IMG/VR virus record: IMGVR_UViG_3300036783_000170
Coordinates: 1-64,000 of that record
Source: a virus
Lineage: Duplodnaviria > Caudoviricetes
Reading direction: 5' to 3' (one strand)
DNA: 64,000 nt
The notes under the pieces were generated by a model, which was given only the letters and a program-made list of their open reading frames with translations, had not been told where the DNA came from and searched no databases. Of the stretch, positions 61,198 to 64,000 are shown in pieces. How positions within the stretch are numbered: position 1 is the stretch's first letter; every line of letters starts with the position of its first letter. The translations under genes and the position numbers were made by a program.

Positions 61198-61230
61198 CTG
61201 TCCTGCGTATCGCGAGGGCCCCGGAATGAG
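61198..61230 (+). promoter_or_regulatory. putative late promoter CTGTCC-N19-GGAATGAG
   Basis: Marks the return to virion genes. Confidence 0.6.
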
Positions 61231-61259
61231 CAGGAGACGACTACGTAGGAGGGGCGAAT

Positions 61260-61796
61260 ATGCCTGAGATCGAGCAGCTCGCGGTGCGCAACATGATGCC
61301 GGGACCCACGGTGCTGGGCCTGGACATCAACGGACGCCTGTCCGTCGAGTGGATGGGCGCGAACGACCCCGACGGCAAGGACGTGCAGTACGTCCCCGAC
61401 GAGGTCGCCAAGTCCGTTCAGTTCCGGCGCGCCTGCGAGCGCGGGATCCTCCAGGTGGAGGACGACCCGTCCAGCTCGATCGAGAAGCAGAACGTCGCCT
61501 GGGAGCGCCGGACCACCCAGTCCGACGAGGAGGCGCAGGCGATCATCAGCCAGCTGCCGAAGAACGACTACGTCGGCCTGGAGTGCGTCGGCCCCGGCGG
61601 CCGGGAGGGTGCGACGGTCGACTGCGGGGCCCCGGTGCCGTTGCGGGTCAGCCAGATCGCCACCGTCCCGCCGCTGTGCGAGCGCCACATCCAGCTCTCC
61701 AGCCGGTACGACCCGGAGAAGGTCGTAGAGGAGCGCCAGAACAACGACGGAGAGACGATCCAGGTCACCACCACCCGGTGGCACCTGGCGCGCTGA
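61260..61796 (+). CDS. conserved post-capsid virion-module protein
   Basis: VRN.MPGPTV...VEW.GA.DP.G.DVQ.VP; RBS AGGAGG. Confidence 0.6.
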   Translation: MPEIEQLAVRNMMPGPTVLGLDINGRLSVEWMGANDPDGKDVQYVPDEVAKSVQFRRACERGILQVEDDPSSSIEKQNVAWERRTTQSDEEAQAIISQLPKNDYVGLECVGPGGREGATVDCGAPVPLRVSQIATVPPLCERHIQLSSRYDPEKVVEERQNNDGETIQVTTTRWHLAR

Positions 61797-61807
61797 GAGG
61801 GAGACTG

Positions 61808-62416
61808 ATGGGCTACCAGGAGAGTCCGGACTACGTCCCGGACCCGACGCACATGAGCGGCACGCTGGACACCAGCGGCATCTTCGGCGGCGGCCAGCAC
61901 GAGGACGTGAGGGGGGTCAGCGGGGTCTTCGACGCGGCCGACTCACCGGCCCCCGAGGGCGACGGGAACGTCGTCCCCAACGACGACGAGGTGCGGCTGC
62001 CCGACCGGCCCAGCCCGTTCCCCGAGGGCACCATCGACGCCTCCGACGTGCTCTCCGACGCCGAGATGCGCCAGCGGGTGGACCCGGACGCGCCGCCGCT
62101 CCCGCCGGAGGCGTACACCACGGACCCCGAGGGCAAGCCGCTGCCAGGTAGCGAGCAGGGCGGCTTCGACCCCGCCGAGCACACCGTGCCGGAGGTCAAG
62201 GAGCACCTGTCCGAGGCCGACGAGTCCGAGGCGGCCCGGGTACTCGCGGAGGAGGAGGCCGGGAGGCAGCGCAAGACGCTGATCGGCGAGTTCAACCCGT
62301 CCGAGCACACGGTCGAAGAGGTCAACAAGTACCTGGCCGCTGCCGACGAGGAAGAGCGCGAGCGCGTCCTGGACGCCGAGCGAGCGGACCGGGCCCGCAA
62401 GGGCATCATCGGATAG
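61808..62416 (+). CDS. acidic protein with tandem C-terminal helical repeats
   Basis: FDPAEHTVPEVKEHL...EAARVLAEE...RKTLI and FNPSEHTVEEVNKYL...ERERVLDAE...RKGII. Confidence 0.65.
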   Translation: MGYQESPDYVPDPTHMSGTLDTSGIFGGGQHEDVRGVSGVFDAADSPAPEGDGNVVPNDDEVRLPDRPSPFPEGTIDASDVLSDAEMRQRVDPDAPPLPPEAYTTDPEGKPLPGSEQGGFDPAEHTVPEVKEHLSEADESEAARVLAEEEAGRQRKTLIGEFNPSEHTVEEVNKYLAAADEEERERVLDAERADRARKGIIG

Positions 62417-62432
62417 TCAAGGAGCCAGCGCA

Positions 62433-63803
62433 GTGACCTCTCCAGCCACGGAAGTCGACACCGAAGGCGTCACCGGCAACACCGGCGCCGCCCCCGTCGG
62501 CACGGCCGCCACGTCGGGCAAGGACGTGGAGACCTCGACCGCGCCGGGCGCCGCGTACGGCAGCACGACGCCGGCACCGAACCCCCCGACCGTGTCGGGC
62601 ACCTTCGACACCGAGGCGGCCAACGGCGGCCGGCTGGTGAACAGCCCGACCTCGACCCAGCCGCTGCTGGTGAAGACCCTCGACACCCTCGCCGGTGGCG
62701 GGGAGCCGATCCAGGACGCGAACCCGCCGTACCGGGCCCCGAGCCTGCCGGCGCCCGCGATCATCGTCGACACCACCTGGACGGACCGGCCGACCTCCGA
62801 CGGGCTGCCCCACGTGCCGTCCGCCAACAACGTCGGCGGGACGCTGGAGACCGGGAGCATCGGAGCGGTCCCCGCGCCAGCCAGCCACAACACCCCACCG
62901 GCGCCGTCGGCCCCCACCGTCGTGGCTGCGGCTCGCGGCGTGCAGGTGACCTGGGTGGCCCCGACGCCGGTCTCCGGCGCCCCGACCCTGGGGTACCAGA
63001 TCCAGAGCGACACCGGCGGCGTCCGGTACGCGAACGCGAACCAGCTGACGAAGTTCTTCGACACGCTGACCCCGAACCAGGCGTACAAGTTCCGGGTCGC
63101 GGCCCGCAACTACAACGGCTGGGGCGCCTACTCGGCGTTCTCCTCGACCGCGACCCCGTATAACCCGGACGAGAACGACGCGGGCAAGCCGGCGCCGGGG
63201 CTCACCCCCGACAACCGGGTCAACCCGATCTACAAGCCGGACGGCACCGTCGTGCCGGGCACCGGCGGCTGGCCGACCACCCCCAAGACCGTCGCCGCCG
63301 TGCAGGCCAGCGCGACCACGGCCACCGTCACCTGGGCGGCCCCCGACTACGGGCTGCCTCTGACCAACTACGTCGTTACGGCGTCTACGGGCCAGACCGC
63401 CACCGTCTCCGGCACGACGCTCACCGCGACCGTCACCGGCCTGACCACCGGCACGGCGGTGACCTTCACCGTCAAGGCGGTCAACTCCAAGGGCAGCTTC
63501 ACGTCGGCCCCGTCCAACAGCGTCACCCCGGGGGCGCCGTCGACCCCGAAGACCGTGGCGGCGGCGATCGCCAGCGCTACCTCGGCGACGGTCACCTGGG
63601 CGGCACCGGACTTCGGCCTGCCGCTGACCGGCTACACGGTGACCCCGTCCGTCGGAGGCTCCCCTCAGACCGTGTCGGGGACCACCCTCACGGCCACGAT
63701 GACCGGGCTGACGACGGGGACGCCGGTGACCTTCACGGTGACCGCGACCAACTCTTACGGCACCTTCACCTCGCCGGCCAGCAACTCGATCACGCCGGCC
63801 TGA
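62433..63803 (+). CDS. fibronectin type III repeat protein (virion surface)
   Basis: Three Fn3 units (V.W.AP...Y.V...LT.G..Y/VTF.V.A.N..G), the last two near-duplicates. Confidence 0.85.
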   Translation: MTSPATEVDTEGVTGNTGAAPVGTAATSGKDVETSTAPGAAYGSTTPAPNPPTVSGTFDTEAANGGRLVNSPTSTQPLLVKTLDTLAGGGEPIQDANPPYRAPSLPAPAIIVDTTWTDRPTSDGLPHVPSANNVGGTLETGSIGAVPAPASHNTPPAPSAPTVVAAARGVQVTWVAPTPVSGAPTLGYQIQSDTGGVRYANANQLTKFFDTLTPNQAYKFRVAARNYNGWGAYSAFSSTATPYNPDENDAGKPAPGLTPDNRVNPIYKPDGTVVPGTGGWPTTPKTVAAVQASATTATVTWAAPDYGLPLTNYVVTASTGQTATVSGTTLTATVTGLTTGTAVTFTVKAVNSKGSFTSAPSNSVTPGAPSTPKTVAAAIASATSATVTWAAPDFGLPLTGYTVTPSVGGSPQTVSGTTLTATMTGLTTGTPVTFTVTATNSYGTFTSPASNSITPA

Positions 63804-63804
63804 C

Positions 63805-64000
63805 GTGTACGCGCTGGGGGCCTCCTCCTTCGGCAGCCAGTCCACTGCGGACCTGGCCGCCGAGCTGGGGGTCCCCATCCCCGTCTCCCGGGCGTACCTG
63901 ACTACCCCTCCGCGCGCGCTCCCGCAGGGCCTGTCTCTCGTAGGCCCGGTAGTGCTCAGCGCCAAGCCGGACCTCGCGCAGCAGGCGGCCGGGCAGCTCG
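63805..64000 (+). CDS. partial ORF running off the window
   Basis: GTG 63805 frame is open to the window end. Confidence 0.35.
   Translation, partial: MYALGASSFGSQSTADLAAELGVPIPVSRAYLTTPPRALPQGLSLVGPVVLSAKPDLAQQAAGQL

Noticed and set aside
17296-63965. Many long minus-strand ORFs (e.g. 17296-18534, 31977-33845, 45985-48003, 48507-50291, 62406-63965)
   Set aside because: Shadow frames of GC-rich sense genes: Arg/Gly/Pro-rich, no RBS, no motifs.
1-64000. tRNA genes, terminase, integrase, DNA polymerase or sigma factor expected for this phage type
   Set aside because: No cloverleaf/TpsiC motifs or signature protein motifs were found by eye; presumably outside the window.

Overview
GC-rich (about 70% by eye) fragment of a large actinobacterial phage genome. 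No integrase, terminase, tRNA, rRNA or CRISPR array was seen. Bases 1-31130 are a dense + strand array of short accessory genes. They include a GH46 chitosanase, a ParB-like protein, an HNH protein, a papain-like peptidase, a PNK-type HAD phosphatase, DUF6221/DUF2283-like proteins and an HNH-like lipoprotein. The array is punctuated by about 20 copies of a promoter with a palindromic AAGGATCCTT core in its spacer and a GCCAGAGAG leader motif. Bases 31130-51222 are a head module resembling Bxz1 (mycobacteriophage cluster C)/Rhodococcus E3-like myoviruses: acidic head-associated proteins, portal, maturation protease, scaffold-like protein, decoration protein and major capsid. This module carries a second promoter class (CTGTCC-N18/19-NGAAT) and two free-standing homing endonucleases. 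Bases 52193-60640 are another accessory island (RHH-tailed proteins, YdjM hydrolase, secreted glycosidase, nucleotidyltransferase, UDG-like protein), followed by more virion genes including an Fn3-repeat protein. The most striking unexplained signals are: (1) two matching C-CCA-AAA + hairpin -1 frameshift cassettes in adjacent head genes, one extending and one truncating; (2) the two promoter classes; (3) an RBS-occluding hairpin plus internal promoter controlling the post-capsid endonuclease; (4) a protease polyprotein carrying an extra enzyme-like domain. All family assignments are from motif recognition, not database searches.
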